64,000 nt of DNA from the human T2T-CHM13v2.0 reference genome, Homo sapiens, in assembly GCF_009914755.1 (NCBI RefSeq), contig NC_060933.1; one strand, written 5' to 3'. The notes under the pieces were generated by a model. It saw nothing but the letters and a program-made list of their open reading frames with translations. It was not told where the DNA came from and made no database searches. Within the stretch, counting starts at the first letter, position 1. Each line of letters opens with the position of its first letter. Shown here piece by piece: positions 38,823 through 52,989 of this stretch. The position numbers and the translations under genes were made by a program.

Positions 38823-39513
38823 TTCTTTCTTTTCGCTTGATGTTTTAATATTCATTTTTTATTTTTATTTTTTGGTTTAGTGAACTTCCTTTAGCCATTT
38901 TTGGCGGTAGGTCTGCTGGTGACAAATTCTCTTGGTTTTCCTTCAGCTGAGAGTGTTTTGATTTCCTCATCATTCCTGGAAGATATTTTTTAGTGAATAC
39001 AGATTTCTTGGCTGATAGCAACTTTCTTTTAGCACTTGAAAATTGTGTATCACTTCCTTTTGGTTTCCGTGGTTTTGATGAGAAATCCATTGTCATTTGA
39101 ATGATTTTCCCCCAATTGGTAAGGTGTCATTTCTCCCTCACTGCTTTCAAGAACTTTTATTTGTCTTCAATTTACAGAAGTTTGACTATGATGTGTGTTG
39201 GCATGGAATTCTTTGGGTTTAACCTGTTTGACACACATTTGGCTTCTTGAATCTGTGGTTTTATGCCTTCACCCATTCTTTCTTTGAATACTTTTTCAGC
39301 CCTATCATCCTTCTCCTCTCCTTCTGAAACTCCAATTACATGAATGTTGGATCTTTTGTTATAATGTCATAAGTCCCCAAGACTGTTAACTTTTTTCAGT
39401 CTATTTTTCTCTGTTGTTTAGATAGGATAATTTTATTGTTCTATCTTTAAGTTCACTTTTCATATTTTTCTGTCTTTTCCATTCTACTGCTGAGTTCATG
39501 TATTGATTTTCTA

Positions 39514-39848
<335 letters not shown>

Positions 39849-40031
39849 TCATTTGGTTCTTATTTATAGCTTATATTTCTTTGCTGAAGCTTTCTCTTCC
39901 TTTGCAAAGATTTTTGATTTTTTCATTTATTTCAAGAGTATTCATATTTCTTCTTAAAGCATTTTTATGATTTCAGCTTTAAAATCCTCGTCAGATAACT
40001 TTAACATCTATGTCATCTTGATGTTGGCATC

Positions 40032-40464
40032 TGTTGAAAGAAAAACTTCAGCTGAATTAAATTTAAAGGAGTTTAATTCAGCAATGAATGATTTGTGAAT
40101 CAGGCAGCCCCCAGAATCACAGCAGATTCAAAAAGAGTCCAGAGGTGCCTTGTGGTCAGAACAAATTTATAGACAAAAAAAGTAAAAAGACGTATAGAAA
40201 TCAGAAGTGAGGTACAGAAACAGGTGGATTGGTTACAGTTTGGTATTTGCCTTATTTGAACATAGTTTGAACACTCAGCAGTGTATGAGTGGTTGAAGTA
40301 TGGCTGTTGGGATTGGCCAAGAGTCAGCGATTGTTACAGGTGCATACTCCTAAGTTAGGTTTTCAATCTTGCCTTACCTATTAAGTTAGGTTGCAGTTCA
40401 TCCACAAGGACTCAAATATAGAAGTATGGAGTCCTTCTCAGGCCATATTTAGTTTGCTTTAATA
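40032..40464 (-). mobile_element. MER57A-like ERV1 solo LTR
   Basis: tgttgaaagaaaaacttcagctgaattaaatttaaagg...ggagtccttctcaggccatatttagtttgctttaa; contains CCAAT boxes. Confidence 0.8.
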
Positions 40465-41293
40465 CATTCATCTAATCATTGTCTTTTCTTGTTCAAGTTC
40501 AGATTTTCCTGATTCTTGGTATAACAAGTGATTTTCAGTTGAATCTTGAGTATTTTCAGTATTATATCATGAGATAGATACTGGATCTTACTTAAACAGT
40601 CTATTTTACTTATTAGTCTTCCTCTGACACTGCTCTAGTAGGACAAGGGAAGCATATCTTGTTGCTGACAGGTGGTGATGAAAGTCTAAGTTCCCCAGTT
40701 GGCCTTCATGGATACCCAGCAGCAGGTGGGTTCTGCCTCATTAGTACCAGACAGAAGTTTGAGTTCAGGATCCTTACAAAGCTTCTGCTTCATGAATATC
40801 AATGTGGAGTCATGTCATCCCTCATGTGTTGAGGTCCCCAGCCTGCCTGCCTTTTGCTGTTTGCTTCTTACATTTATTTTATACATAATGTCCAGGAATT
40901 TTAGCTATACTTAAAGAATAGGAAAAGGTGTGTTTACTCCATCTTTGCAAATGTGAAAAATCTTAGATAATATTTTGATCCCAATGCTAGTGAAAACATA
41001 ATCTATCAGGATTTGTGAGATGCAGCTAAAGCAGTACTTAATGAGAAATGTATACTTCTAAAAGCTTAGAAAAGAAAAATGATCTACAATTGATTATCTA
41101 AACCTCCACCTTAGGAAGCTAGGAAAAGAGGAAAGGAGATAATACAGATAAGAGCACAATAAATGAACCAGAGAACAAAAGAATAGAAAAAAAGTCAATG
41201 AAACCAGCAGCTCATTCTTTGACAACATCAACAAAATTGGTAAAACATCAAGCTAGATTGATCAAGAAAAGGAGAAGATGTAAATTACAAAAT

Positions 41294-42441
41294 CAGTCAG
41301 TTCTCATATACTCTGTTTTGAAATGTAAACCTTTCTAATGCAATCGATATACTTTGAGCATAGTATACTTTCACATATATTTATACACAGCTTTGTACAC
41401 AACAAACGCTAGGTAAGTGCAGAAAACTATACCCAGCTGAACCAAGCCACGTAGGAATACACAAAGTGCACACATGTACACACCTCAGACATCTACCAGC
41501 TACCCCATTTCACTGCCTGTGTGGCGAGCCATGGCCAACCACATCTAGCGCTGGAAATTCCAGCCGACTTCAGATGACCCTCCCTTCCACCACTTCACAG
41601 TAACTCACAAGCTGCAACAATCCTGATGTCTAACTCCACAAACAAATTTCAGGTTTTTTTTTTTCCTTTTTTTTTTAAATCTTTTAAAAAAAATTTTATT
41701 ATTATACTTTAAGTTTTAGGGTACAAGTGCCCATTGTGCAGGTTAGTTACATACGTATACATGTGCCACGCTGGTGCGCTGCACCCACTAACTCGTCATC
41801 TAGCATTAGGTGTATCTCCCAATGCTATCCCTCCCCCATCCCCCCACCCCACAACAGTCCCCAGAGTGTGATGTTCCCCTTCCTGTGTCCATGTGATCTC
41901 ATTGTTCAATTCCCACCTATGAGTGAGAATATGCGGTGTTTGGTTTTTTGTTCTTGCAATAGTTTACTGAAAATGATGATTTCCAATTTCATCCATGTCC
42001 CTACAAAGGACATGAACTCATCATTTTTTATGGCTGCATAGTATTCCATGGTGTATATGTGCCACATTTTCTTAATGCAGTCTATCATTGTTGGACATTT
42101 GGGTTGGTTCCAAGTCTTTGCTGTTGTGAATAGTGCTGCAATAAACATACGTGTGCATGTGTCTTTATAGCAGCATGATTTATAGTCCTTTGGGTATTTT
42201 TCAAGGTAAAGAGCCGTATTTGTTGTAGTATTTATATATTTCTTAATCACTTCCCATATATAAAACTGTGCTATTTTTAATAGGTATCTATCTTTTTTTT
42301 TGTACACGTCACTGACAAAGTTTTTGAATATATGACCTCTAACCTAATTTTCCTCATGGGTCTTACGGTTCATAATGTGCAGTTTTCCATAGCACAGTGG
42401 TTTTCAGGAATGCATAGGTGGCATTATAGCAGAACTGACTG
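41294..42441. mobile_element. MER82-like Tigger DNA transposon split by an L1PA2 insertion
   Basis: Terminal inverted repeats cagtcagttct... and ...agaactgactg; internal text resumes across the L1 (ttcagg|...|ttttcaaggtaaag). Confidence 0.8.
41654..42197 (-). mobile_element. L1PA2-like 5'-truncated LINE-1 (~540 bp)
   Basis: gtgcgctgcacccactaactcgtcatctagc gives GAG, not ACA/ACG, at the Ta-diagnostic site; otherwise young-L1 3' UTR and ORF2 C-terminus. Confidence 0.9.
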
Positions 42442-44699
42442 CACTTTGCCAGGTGGTGAAATTTAGTTTCCCAACCAGACATCGTATGCCTCTTGATATG
42501 TTGTAATGTGAACTATACAGCATCACCTATGAAGAGTGATTACCAAAAATCTTAACCTGAATCTAACCACGCCTTTAGATGTAATCTTCAAGGTAAAGAA
42601 AAACAGTGGAGAGAGATAAGTTAGATGACACCAAGAGGAAATTATTAGATAAATGCAAAATGCTGTATAGTTAGCTAGACCACTGGCTTGCTCTGATTAA
42701 ATCCTATTCTGAAGAAACCAACTATAAAACACATTTTTTATATGACTAGGACAATGGATTAGACACCAGGATGTTACATGATATGGAATTTTTGTTAACT
42801 TTAAGGGTAATAATGTTACTGATGTTGTCACAAAATGTCCTTATTTTTTGGAAATTAAAGTATATATATATATATATGGCATTTTATAATGCTGTACACA
42901 CAAACACATGCATGTATATGCAAATACAACACACAAGAATATATTAAACCAAATATGGAAATACATATGAAAATGTAAGAAAGTAAATATGCAAAATGCT
43001 ATGGGTATTCATTGTACTGATATTTTTACTTTTTGTGTGTTTGACATTTTTATATTTTGTTATTTTCATAATTTAAAAAATTGACATGTTAGAGGAATTA
43101 AAATATTTTTACCTCCTCTTTTTTAGAGAAACTTCATGACCTTAGGGGGCCCCCTAGGTCTATCCAGCTTGCACCACTCTCTCGTTGCTGTTGTGTTTTC
43201 AGTTATAAAAAGCACTCTTAGCTCCAACAGCCTGTGCCCATCTTTGGGATTCCTTGCATTCCTCTAGGATATAAGACTTCCATTGTATTCCCTTATCTGG
43301 CCCCACAAGGGAAGTTGAGCACAAATATTTCTAACTTGAATTTTTTTTCTTTGAGTAAAGGAACAATCAGATTATAGAAAAATCTGAAAAAGTAAATGGA
43401 GTTGTGCTTAGTAGTCACTGAGAGAACAGATGGTATTCTAGAGGTTTGGGACTTGGGGAAAGAGTGTCAAAGATGTTAGCATGGATGAACAGCCCAGGGA
43501 GAAGGCAAAGCCCAAAGAATGATTTTCTAAAATGTGTGTGCCCAGGTCCTGCTTTCATGCCAGATTGGGCACAGTCTCTCTCTCCCAACTCCTTGACAGC
43601 TTGTAGCTGCTGAATCTGAGCCAAGACTAAAGGAAATAGATAACTGAGCATTCCAGAAACAGGGGGACAGCTCGTGTGCACACTGTTGTGGTGATAGCAG
43701 AGAAATCTCAGAGATGAAGGGTGGGGGAGAGAGGGATCCAGGAGAAGAGTTAGGGGCATTTAGGAGTGATTATAGGACTTTTTTGCATTTTTTTCTCCTT
43801 GAATTTTTCACTGGAGGAGGTGATTAACTGTTGTGCATCCAGAAATAGTTTAAGCTAAACATAGCAAAGCTGGCAGGGTTTGGGATAAAATAGAACTTGG
43901 GTGTAGGAATGTTGCCTCTTGGCTGTAGTCCTTCCCTTGAGTAAAGCAATGTCAATGTCATGAACTCAAACCAAGGTCAACCTTGAGAATCAAGTGCAAG
44001 ATCTCATCTCTTTCCTTCAGGAGGAAAAGTTTGTTCTAATGGGGATGCAACCTATCTAAAGTCAGAGGAGTCTTTTAAAAAATACCTTTCAACTTTTTAG
44101 AGATGAAAGAGACTATTTTTAAGAAGATTCCATTCAAATTCTTGATTTTATGTGTGAGGACTATAGAAGTGAGTTATCTGAGCTCACAGAGCTAGTTGAT
44201 GGTAGAGGTAAGACTCTCAGTTCAGCGCTCTTCCCAATATAGCATGTGGTTTCTCAAAATTGAAACCTTGTAAAATGTTGGTTAGATTCTTGGGGGCAGG
44301 GACAGAAGACCAAAGCTGGAGAGGAGACACAGTCAGCAAAATAATCAAGACCTTTAGTTAGAGGCAGGTATTGGGCTGTCTGCCCTCTGGGTAGTATGAT
44401 CTCAAGGGATGCTCAGAGATGATTCCAGTGTACATCTGGGCTTTGAATGTGTGGGTGCCTGTTTGGATGGAGGTGGAAAGCCAGTATTTCCTGGCTGTAG
44501 GCATTATGAAATTAGGCCAGGAAACATAAGGAAAATAGGAAATCTGGCTGGGCAGTCACCACTCTGGACCTACAGTGGGTACAAGAAAAGAAATCTCTTC
44601 CTACCCCCAGCCTTACCCCATCCACCCTGTAAGGGATTCCATGTGACTTTTTCTCTTCCTTCTTCTTCTTCTTCTTTTTTTTTGCTTTTAGTAGAAACT

Positions 44700-46610
44700 C
44701 CCTGGAATTTTGTATTTAATTATTTTAAAATTTAAAAAATATTAAAAACCTTTTATTTTAAAATAATTTCAGGCTTTCAGAAAGGTTGGAAAAATTTTTG
44801 GAAGAATTCCCATATGTTTTTAACCCAGATTCCAACATGTTAACATTTTACAGAGATGATTTTTCATTCTCTTTCTCTGAATCATTTGAAAGTGCTCTGA
44901 AGATATAATGCTTCTTTATGCCTAAATTATTCTGTGTGTGTTTCTTGAAACAAGGGCGTTCTTTTATATAACTATAACACAATTATCAAAACCAGGAAAT
45001 TAACATTCATACAGCTATTATTCAATCTACAGACCCATTCAAATTTCACCAGTTGTCATACTAATATGCCTTATAGCAAAAGAAAAATATATTTTTCTGG
45101 GTAGGATCCAATCTAGGATCATATGATGCATTTAGTTGTCATGTGTCTTCAGTCTCCCATAAGTTCCTCAGTCTTTTTCATGACCTAGACATTTTTGAAG
45201 ATTATTGGCCAGTGAATTTGTCGCATGTCTCTCATTTTGGGTTTGTCCAATGCTTGCTGTATTAGTCAGAGTTCTCTTAGAGGGACAGAACTAATATTAT
45301 ATATTATATATATTGTATATATATAGAGGAGTTTATTAAGTATTAACTTACACAATCACAAGGTCCTACAGTAGGCTGCCTGCAAGCTGAGGAGGAAGGA
45401 AGCTAGCCCAAGTCCCAAAACTGAAGAACTTGGAGTCTGATATTTGAGGGCAGGAAGCATCAAGCCCAGGAGAAAGATGTAGGCTGGGAGGCTAGGCCCG
45501 TCTCTCCTTTTCATGTTTTTCTGCCTGCTTTATATTCGCTGGCAGCTGATTAGATGGTGCCCACCAAATTAAGGGTGGATCTGCCTTCCCCAGCCCACTG
45601 ACTCAAATGTTAGTCTCTTTTGGCAGCACCCACACAGACACACCCAGGATTAATACCTTGTGTCCCTTAATTCAATCAAGTTGACACTCAGTAGTAACCA
45701 TCACACTTGCCCATGATTGGTTCGGGTTATGCCCTTTTGGAATCAATACCACAGAAATAATGATGTTTTTCTCAGTGCATCATCACAGAAGGCAAATGTT
45801 ATCTACTGACAATTATACGTTATGTCAACTTTGAACACTTTGTTAACGTATGGTCAGTGAGATTTCTACACTGTAAAGTTACTATTTTTTTTTCATTTGT
45901 AATTAATAAGAGTCTGGTGGGGAGATACATCCAGACAATCTAAAAATTCTGCTTCTTATCACTTAGTTTTAGCATCAGTTGGTGATTGTTGCCTAAAACG
46001 GTTATTTGTTTACATAACTACAGCACAATTATCCAAACTAGGAAATTAACATTTGTACAGCTATTATCCAATCTACATATCTATTCAAATTTTACCAATT
46101 GTCATGCTGATATGCCTTATAGCAAAAGAAATACATAGTTTTCTGCGTAGGATCCAAACAGTTTTTGTCAAATGGTGATTCTTTTCTTATTCCATCATTC
46201 CTGCATTCATTTACATCATTTCTTCTGTATCTATTATTAATAGTTGTCATCCTACTGCAAGGAACAGATTTCTGTTATTTCTCATTTACATATTTGCATA
46301 ACTATAGACCCATGGATTTTTAATGTATTCCATGAGCTATAATCTGTACTATTGATATTTACTTTGGAGCCAAATTGTCCCAGGTTGAGTTCCTTCAAAT
46401 GGCCCCTTATGCTTCCGACAAGTCCTTGCCTTCTTTGAGCACATCTTTGCCTTCCGCGTAGCAAGATGTTCCACGCTTATCTTGTACTTTTCCAGGTACA
46501 CTTCTGGAATCAGCCAGTTCTTAAAGAACGCTAATTCCTTTTAGGGGAAAATGGTATTTAGAAACTAAGATCTGGGTGTTAGTTTTGCTTATTTGTACTG
46601 GAATATTCCA
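44700..46610 (-). mobile_element. L1MC-type 3' region with nested MLT2A and an internal duplication
   Basis: ttttattttaaaataatttcagg...catttagttgtcatgtgtc...ggaatcagccagttcttaaagaac...tggtatttagaaactaagatctggg. Confidence 0.75.
45258..45705 (-). mobile_element. MLT2A (HERV-L) solo LTR with 5-bp TSD CTTGC
   Basis: tgtattagtcagagttctcttagagggacagaac...agttgacactcagtagtaaccatcaca; CTTGC at 45253-45257 and 45706-45710. Confidence 0.9.
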
Positions 46611-46618
46611 AATGACAC

Positions 46619-46921
46619 TTTTTTTTTTTGAGACAGGGTCTTGCTCTCTCACCCAGGCTGGAGTGCAGTGGCATGAACATGGCTCAGCTGTAGCCTCAAC
46701 CTCCTGGACTCAAACAATCCTCTTGCCTCAGCCTCCCAAATAGCTCGTACTATAGACATGTGCCACCACACCTGGCTATTTTTTTTTTTTTTTGTATTTG
46801 TTGTAGAGACAGTGTTTTGTCATGTTGCCCAGGCTGATCTCTAGCTCCTGCACTCAAACGATCCGTCTGCCTTTGCCTCCCAAAGTGCTGGGATTACAAG
46901 CATGAGCCACCACGCCCAGCC
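46619..46921 (-). mobile_element. AluJ SINE with TSD CAAATGACACTT
   Basis: Reverse dimer flanked by direct repeats. Confidence 0.92.
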
Positions 46922-49900
46922 CAAATGACACTTAGAAGCAGTGCTTTTATCACTTCACTTCTAGGAAACGTTCTTGGCCTTTTTGCTAGGTAAGACTCAG
47001 GGTCCACTTTTCCAACTCCAGGCCAGTCCCATGTGCAGCCTCCTGTTTTCCAGGAAGAAGTTTCTACCTGCTTATTCCTATCTTCATAGTAACATCTCTT
47101 CTCCTAGTGGCTACAAAGTTGCATGCAAGCTCCCTAGAGCCCTCCTTTCCCACCTATTCCTTCAGCAACTATGCATTTCTAGCCAAAAACTAGGAAAGTA
47201 CAACATGTGATCTCCCAAGCATGAATATACTTACGGGTAGAATGAAGCAAGGCTAGTGAAATGAAATCAGGGCATTTCTGGAAATTATATCCATCAACAA
47301 GTACAAAGACCTCCCTGTTCTTTAAATGGGGGCACAGGCATGAAAAAATGAAATTGGTCAATATGGGTAGAGTTCAATGTTTCCAACTGTTGCTTATGTG
47401 CTTTAGTTTAGGGAGTATCTCTGCCTCTTATGCCTCTTTAATCCCTGGTAGTAAAGCTCATAAATTCATAAATTCCTCTGTCTCTCTCTCTCTCTCTTTC
47501 TTTTCCTGGCTATCTCAGGATGGGATTAGTCTCTTGTCAAAGCATATACTCTCCATATGAATTCCCAAATGTTCTGAATATCAACCCTCCAAAAGAAGAC
47601 CTAATACAATGAGTGATGGTAGACAGGGAAAGTAACTAACATAACATACAAGTTGTCATTTTCCTAGTCCTAACAGTTTTCCCTGGACAACTCTGGCATG
47701 TTTATTATGTCTTAATGTTGTACTTTGTTGTCATTTCACTTGAAAACACATATCTTTGTTCAAAATTTTGCATTAGTCAAGGCCAGTTGGAGATCCTGAA
47801 ACGTCTTCCTGGAACGATAGTACTTTTCGTTAATTTCAGAAAGCGTGCTCTTTTCTGATGCAGGGGAAGCAGAAGCACGAAGTAGGCTTGTCAGAGCTAA
47901 CTCTCAGCTCAGGGCTTGATTTCTCTGTGTAACCTTAACAAGTCACACATCTCATGTATCATTTCTACTGCTGCCACTAGCCCTTTTGGTAACTTTGTGT
48001 GAATTAGAAAGAGGAGCCTAGGAAGTCTCCAACTCACAAGTACATAATTAGTTGGTCACTCCTACTCATAACTCATCAGCCAAAATTAGTCATATGACTT
48101 TACATATCCACAAAGTAGTCAGGAAATGCAGCCCCACCATATATTCAGTATGATATATAAGACAGGGAAATATTTGGTAACAAGAATAATGAGAACTAAA
48201 TGTCTTACAATTGGTTATATCTTACAATTAATCAGCAGTATTTTCCTGTATTTGTAGTAGATAAAATAATAATGCTTCTTATAATATATGGCTTCTTAGA
48301 TCATATAAAATATGGTAAATTTTCTGAATAGTTTGAGAATATCAACAAGATTTCTTGCTAGCCCTACCAACATGGAGTGAAAATGGAAGTCCATGGTCAT
48401 AAAAACACTTATAGCCAATCAACAAATCCAAAAGCTCACAGGGTATAGTTGTGGAAGCATGCACCAATACTGTGCCATCTGCCTGTGTGTTGGGGAGGTG
48501 TGAGCTCTGGCCACCACTGCTGTTGCATCCTCTCTCTTTGCCTTGTGTTCTCCTCACATCTCGTGGTCATTGTAACTACTTCTGCAAGGCCGGGGCCCAA
48601 GGTTTCTGTGCCTGTTTGAGTCCTGCTGGCCCTTGTGGCTCTTGCCATGCCTACTGCTTCCCCTGGAACCCTGGTCATGTCCATGTCCACTAAAGTTAAT
48701 TAACTCTATCTCAGGCAGGAGCTGCAGTTGGGCCAATGCTAGGGATCTGGGCCAAACTGACTGTTTTATCTCAGCCTGAGCCCTGTGACTGCTTTGAGGA
48801 GGTCCTCTGGCTGTTTGCAGCTCAAGCTGGTGCTGGTATCTGGACGCAATGCTGGTTGCCATCTGGCTAGACTGTCCCAGGAATCCCACACCTTGACTAC
48901 ACCTGTTTTGGTCCAGCTGCAGACAGTCTAACTAGCCAGCAAAATGTCCTTTTCCTGAGCACCCATGGTCATGCTAAGGAGGCTGTGTTTCTTCTGCTCC
49001 AGGATGTTAATGAGCTACTCCTAGGGGAGAGCGCCCAAATGAGAGGAAGTCTGTCCCTATTGTCTTTCACCATGCAAGGATTAGCACTTGCACAGACCGC
49101 TTTCTCTCCCTACAGACCCACCTCAAACACTCCTGTCCTTGCACATTACACTCCAGCCTAAGCTGTCTGCAACCACCCACTCTCCAACACACCAGGCTCG
49201 TTTACACCCAGGTCTTTTCGCAGGCCTTTGATTTAGACCTGTTCCATCTGCTCCATCTTGCCCTATCCTGTGGATTCTTGTATATTCTTCAATGTCAGGC
49301 CAATGGCTACCACCTCTATGACACTTTCCCTGATTTCTGCAGGCTTGCTCTCCTTTTCTTCCTTTCTCCCTCCAAAATCTCAGTGAATTTCAGCCATGTC
49401 CAAGTATCACAGAGTGACTGTGTGTATATCTGTATCTCCACTGTGAGCTCCTTGCAGGCATAAGCATGTTCTTGCACTTCTGTGTATCTGATCTCTGGCA
49501 CAAAGCCTGGCACATTATACAAGCTCATCAACTGTTAAACAAATGCAGGTCTGTGTTCTTGATGAAAAGAATGGAGAGTAAGCCTCCAGGCTTGCAAACT
49601 TGAGGGCTGCAATAGGGCCGTCTTCCTGAAAGCGAGGGTGGCACAAACTTTGAGACAAAAAAATGAGAGGCTGGAGAAGGAGATGCTATCCATTTCAGCT
49701 TTTCCTCAAGTAGAGTGAGGAGGAGGCAGCATCAGTGATGCTAGGAAACATGTGACTTCCCCAGGGACCAGTGTGTGCCAAGGAAGAGCTGTGGCACCAC
49801 GGCCAGTAAGAGTAATTGTCTTGAGGGGCCCACTTCACTCGCGGGTTCACTGTTAAGCACCAGAGTTGTATTCCCAGCTTCCCACTAAAATTTCCTGGAT

Positions 49901-50100
49901 ACCTCAGGCTTAGGGTGCCCAAAGATGAATTGATCATTACCTTCTCTACCTCCCAGGCTTCTCCTTGGGGAGGGGGTACTACCACACACCGAACTGCATG
50001 AGCCAGATATCTTGGCTCATCATGGTGCCTCTCACACCCTCACTTCCCATATCTCATCCAGCACCAAGACCTGCCAATGTTTTTGCCTGAACATCTTTAG

Positions 50101-50472
<372 letters not shown>

Positions 50473-51149
50473 TCATTCAGGCCACCATCTTCTCCCAGAC
50501 TTCAAATTGACTTCTCTGCCTTTAGTTCCTGCACAATGCTATTTGATACTCCTCTCCCTTTCTCCTATAAGAAAGGAGAGGCTACTCATTGCCAACAGGA
50601 AAAAATCTTATTTTCTTAGAATGAGATAATAACGTTCACTATCTGGCCCCTTCCTCAATGTCAAGCTGACTGAGGTGTCCTCATCAGGAAGAAGCCTTTC
50701 TGTTTCCTACCCTTCTTGAGTTCTCCTGCTCTAAGAATGGAGAGACAAAAATCCCCGTTTTCAGCGTTTCCTCAGCATCTCAGGGGCAGGAAGCCAGAGA
50801 CACTTATCCAGGCCTAGTTGTCCTTTCCTTGGGAATGATGTTGGGGTGGGAGGTGGTAGTTGTTCATGGATCTCAATGGACTAAGTTCTCCTCCTAAATA
50901 TGTATATTCTAATCCTTGGTCTCAAGGTCTCTGATGCTGTTTCTAGGCTCTCACCTGGCCCAGGTGGGCAAAGTCCTGCACACTTAGTGATCTCTAAGTT
51001 TACCATTGCCAATTGCAACAGGGCAGTGCTTGACTCAGAAGTTAGCTGGGTTAGAGAAGAGACTGAAAGGTCAGGACACATTTGAGCTGCTATCTTTCCA
51101 GAATTCTCTGCTTTAGGATCTATTGTTAAATAAAAGAAAACTAATCACA

Positions 51150-51548
51150 GGCTGGGCATGGTGGCTCATGCCTGTAATCCCAGCACTTTGGATGGCTGAG
51201 GTGGGAGGATAACTTGAGCCCAGGAGTTCAAGACCAGCCCGGACAAGGTAGTGACACCTCATCTCTATAAAAATATCAAATAAATTAGCCAGGTATGGTG
51301 GCTCACACCTGTAGTCCCAGTTTTGGGGGAGGATGAGGTAGGAGGATCACTTGAACCTGGGAGTTGAGGCTACCATATCAAATGTATTTGATTGATGTCT
51401 CATGCCTTCCTAAAATGTATAAAACCAAGCTATACCTTGACCACCTTGGGCACATATTCTCAGGACCTTCTAAGGGCTGTGTCTCGGGACATGAGTCAAG
51501 ATCATGTCACCGCACTCCAGCCTGGGCAACAGAGTGAGAGCCTTTCTC

Positions 51549-51577
<29 letters not shown>
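51150..51577 (+). mobile_element. AluJ SINE interrupted in the right arm by a ~120-bp ERV1 LTR fragment
   Basis: Alu text stops at gaggctac (~51373) and resumes at tgagtcaagatcatg (~51492). Confidence 0.88.
51374..51492 (+). mobile_element. Internal fragment of a MER4-group ERV1 LTR
   Basis: gtatttgattgatgtctcatgccttcctaaaatgtataaaaccaagct...ccaccttgggcacat.ttctcaggacc...gggctgtgtc.cggg. Confidence 0.75.
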
Positions 51578-51579
<2 letters not shown>

Positions 51580-51831
51580 TTGGAGAGATTTTTCTTCACA
51601 AAGACTGGAGAGATTATCGAGGTAACCATCATTTTCTCCACTGACTGATGTGTGAAGCAGTCTGGTGGTCAAAGAGGAGGCTTTGGAGTCATTCAGTCCT
51701 CGGAATTCCAGCTTTGCCACATGCTCACAGTGGGCAAGCTACTTAAGGTCTATGGGGCTCATTTTCCTCCTCTGTAAAAGTGGGAAGATAAGAGCTCCTT
51801 TATGGAGTTGCAAGAATTAAATTAGACAATA

Positions 51832-52989
51832 CAGTCATGTGTTGCTTGGCAGGGACATGTTGTAAGAACTGCAGTCTTGGGTGATTTAATCATTGAGCAA
51901 ACATCATAGAGTGTTCTCACACAAACCTAGATGGTAGAGCCTACTACACATCTAGGCTCTGTGGTATAGCCTATTGCTCCTAGAATGCAAACCTGTATAG
52001 AATGTGACTATACTGAATACTGTAGGCAACTGTAGCACAATGCTGTCTGTGTATCTAAACATATCTAAACATAGAAAGCTACAGTAAAAATATTATATAA
52101 AAGATTAAAAAAAGGGTATCTCTGCATAGGGTGCTACCAGGAATTAAGCTTACAAGACTGGAGTTGCTCTGGGTGAGTCAGTGAGTGAGTGAATGTGAAG
52201 GCCTAGGACGTTACTTTACACTACTGTAGACTTGATACACGTTGTGTCCTTAGGGTACATCAAATTTATTTTAAAAGTTTTCTTTCTTCAATAATAAATT
52301 AACCTTAGCTTATTATAACCGTTTTTCTTTATAAACTTTTTAATTGTGAAAAACTTTTTGACTCTTTTGTAAAATCACTTAGCTTAAAACATTGTCTAGC
52401 TGTACAAAATTATTTTCTTTATTTTCTATTTTGAATTATTTTCCTACTTTTTAGACATTTGTGTTAAAAACTAAGACACAAACACACATATTAACCTAGG
52501 TACACACAGAGTCAGGGTCATCAGTATCACCATCTTCCACCTTCACGTCCTGTCCCACTGGAAGGTCTCCACACTCAGTAACTTGCACGGAGCTGTCACC
52601 TCCTGTGTTAACAATGCCTTCTTCTGGAATACCTCCAGAAGGACCTGCCTGAGACTGTTTTACAATTGGCTTTTTTAAAAAATAAGTAGAAGGAATAAGA
52701 AAGTTTTTTTCTAAATAACAATGAAAAGTATAATATAGGAAATACATAAACTAATAACTTATTTATTAAGTATTATTTACTGTACATAATTGTATGTACT
52801 GTACTTTTATGCAACTGGTGGTGTAGTCACTACAAACGTGAGTACTCCATTGCATTATAGAAATATGTCATACGCCTATGACGTCACTAGGTAATAGGAA
52901 TTTTTTGGCTCTGTCATAATCTTACAGGACCACCATCACGTATGTGGTCCATTGTTTACTGAACCATCGCTATGTAGTGAATAGGACTG
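51832..52989. mobile_element. Tigger3(b)-like DNA transposon inserted in a MIR
   Basis: TA followed by cagtcatgtgttgctt; cacacaaacctagatggtagagcctactacac; ends ...gactg. Confidence 0.85.

Noticed and set aside
48342-48889. GC-richer patch with several overlapping short ORFs (possible processed pseudogene)
   Set aside because: No recognisable parent protein, poly(A) tail or TSD
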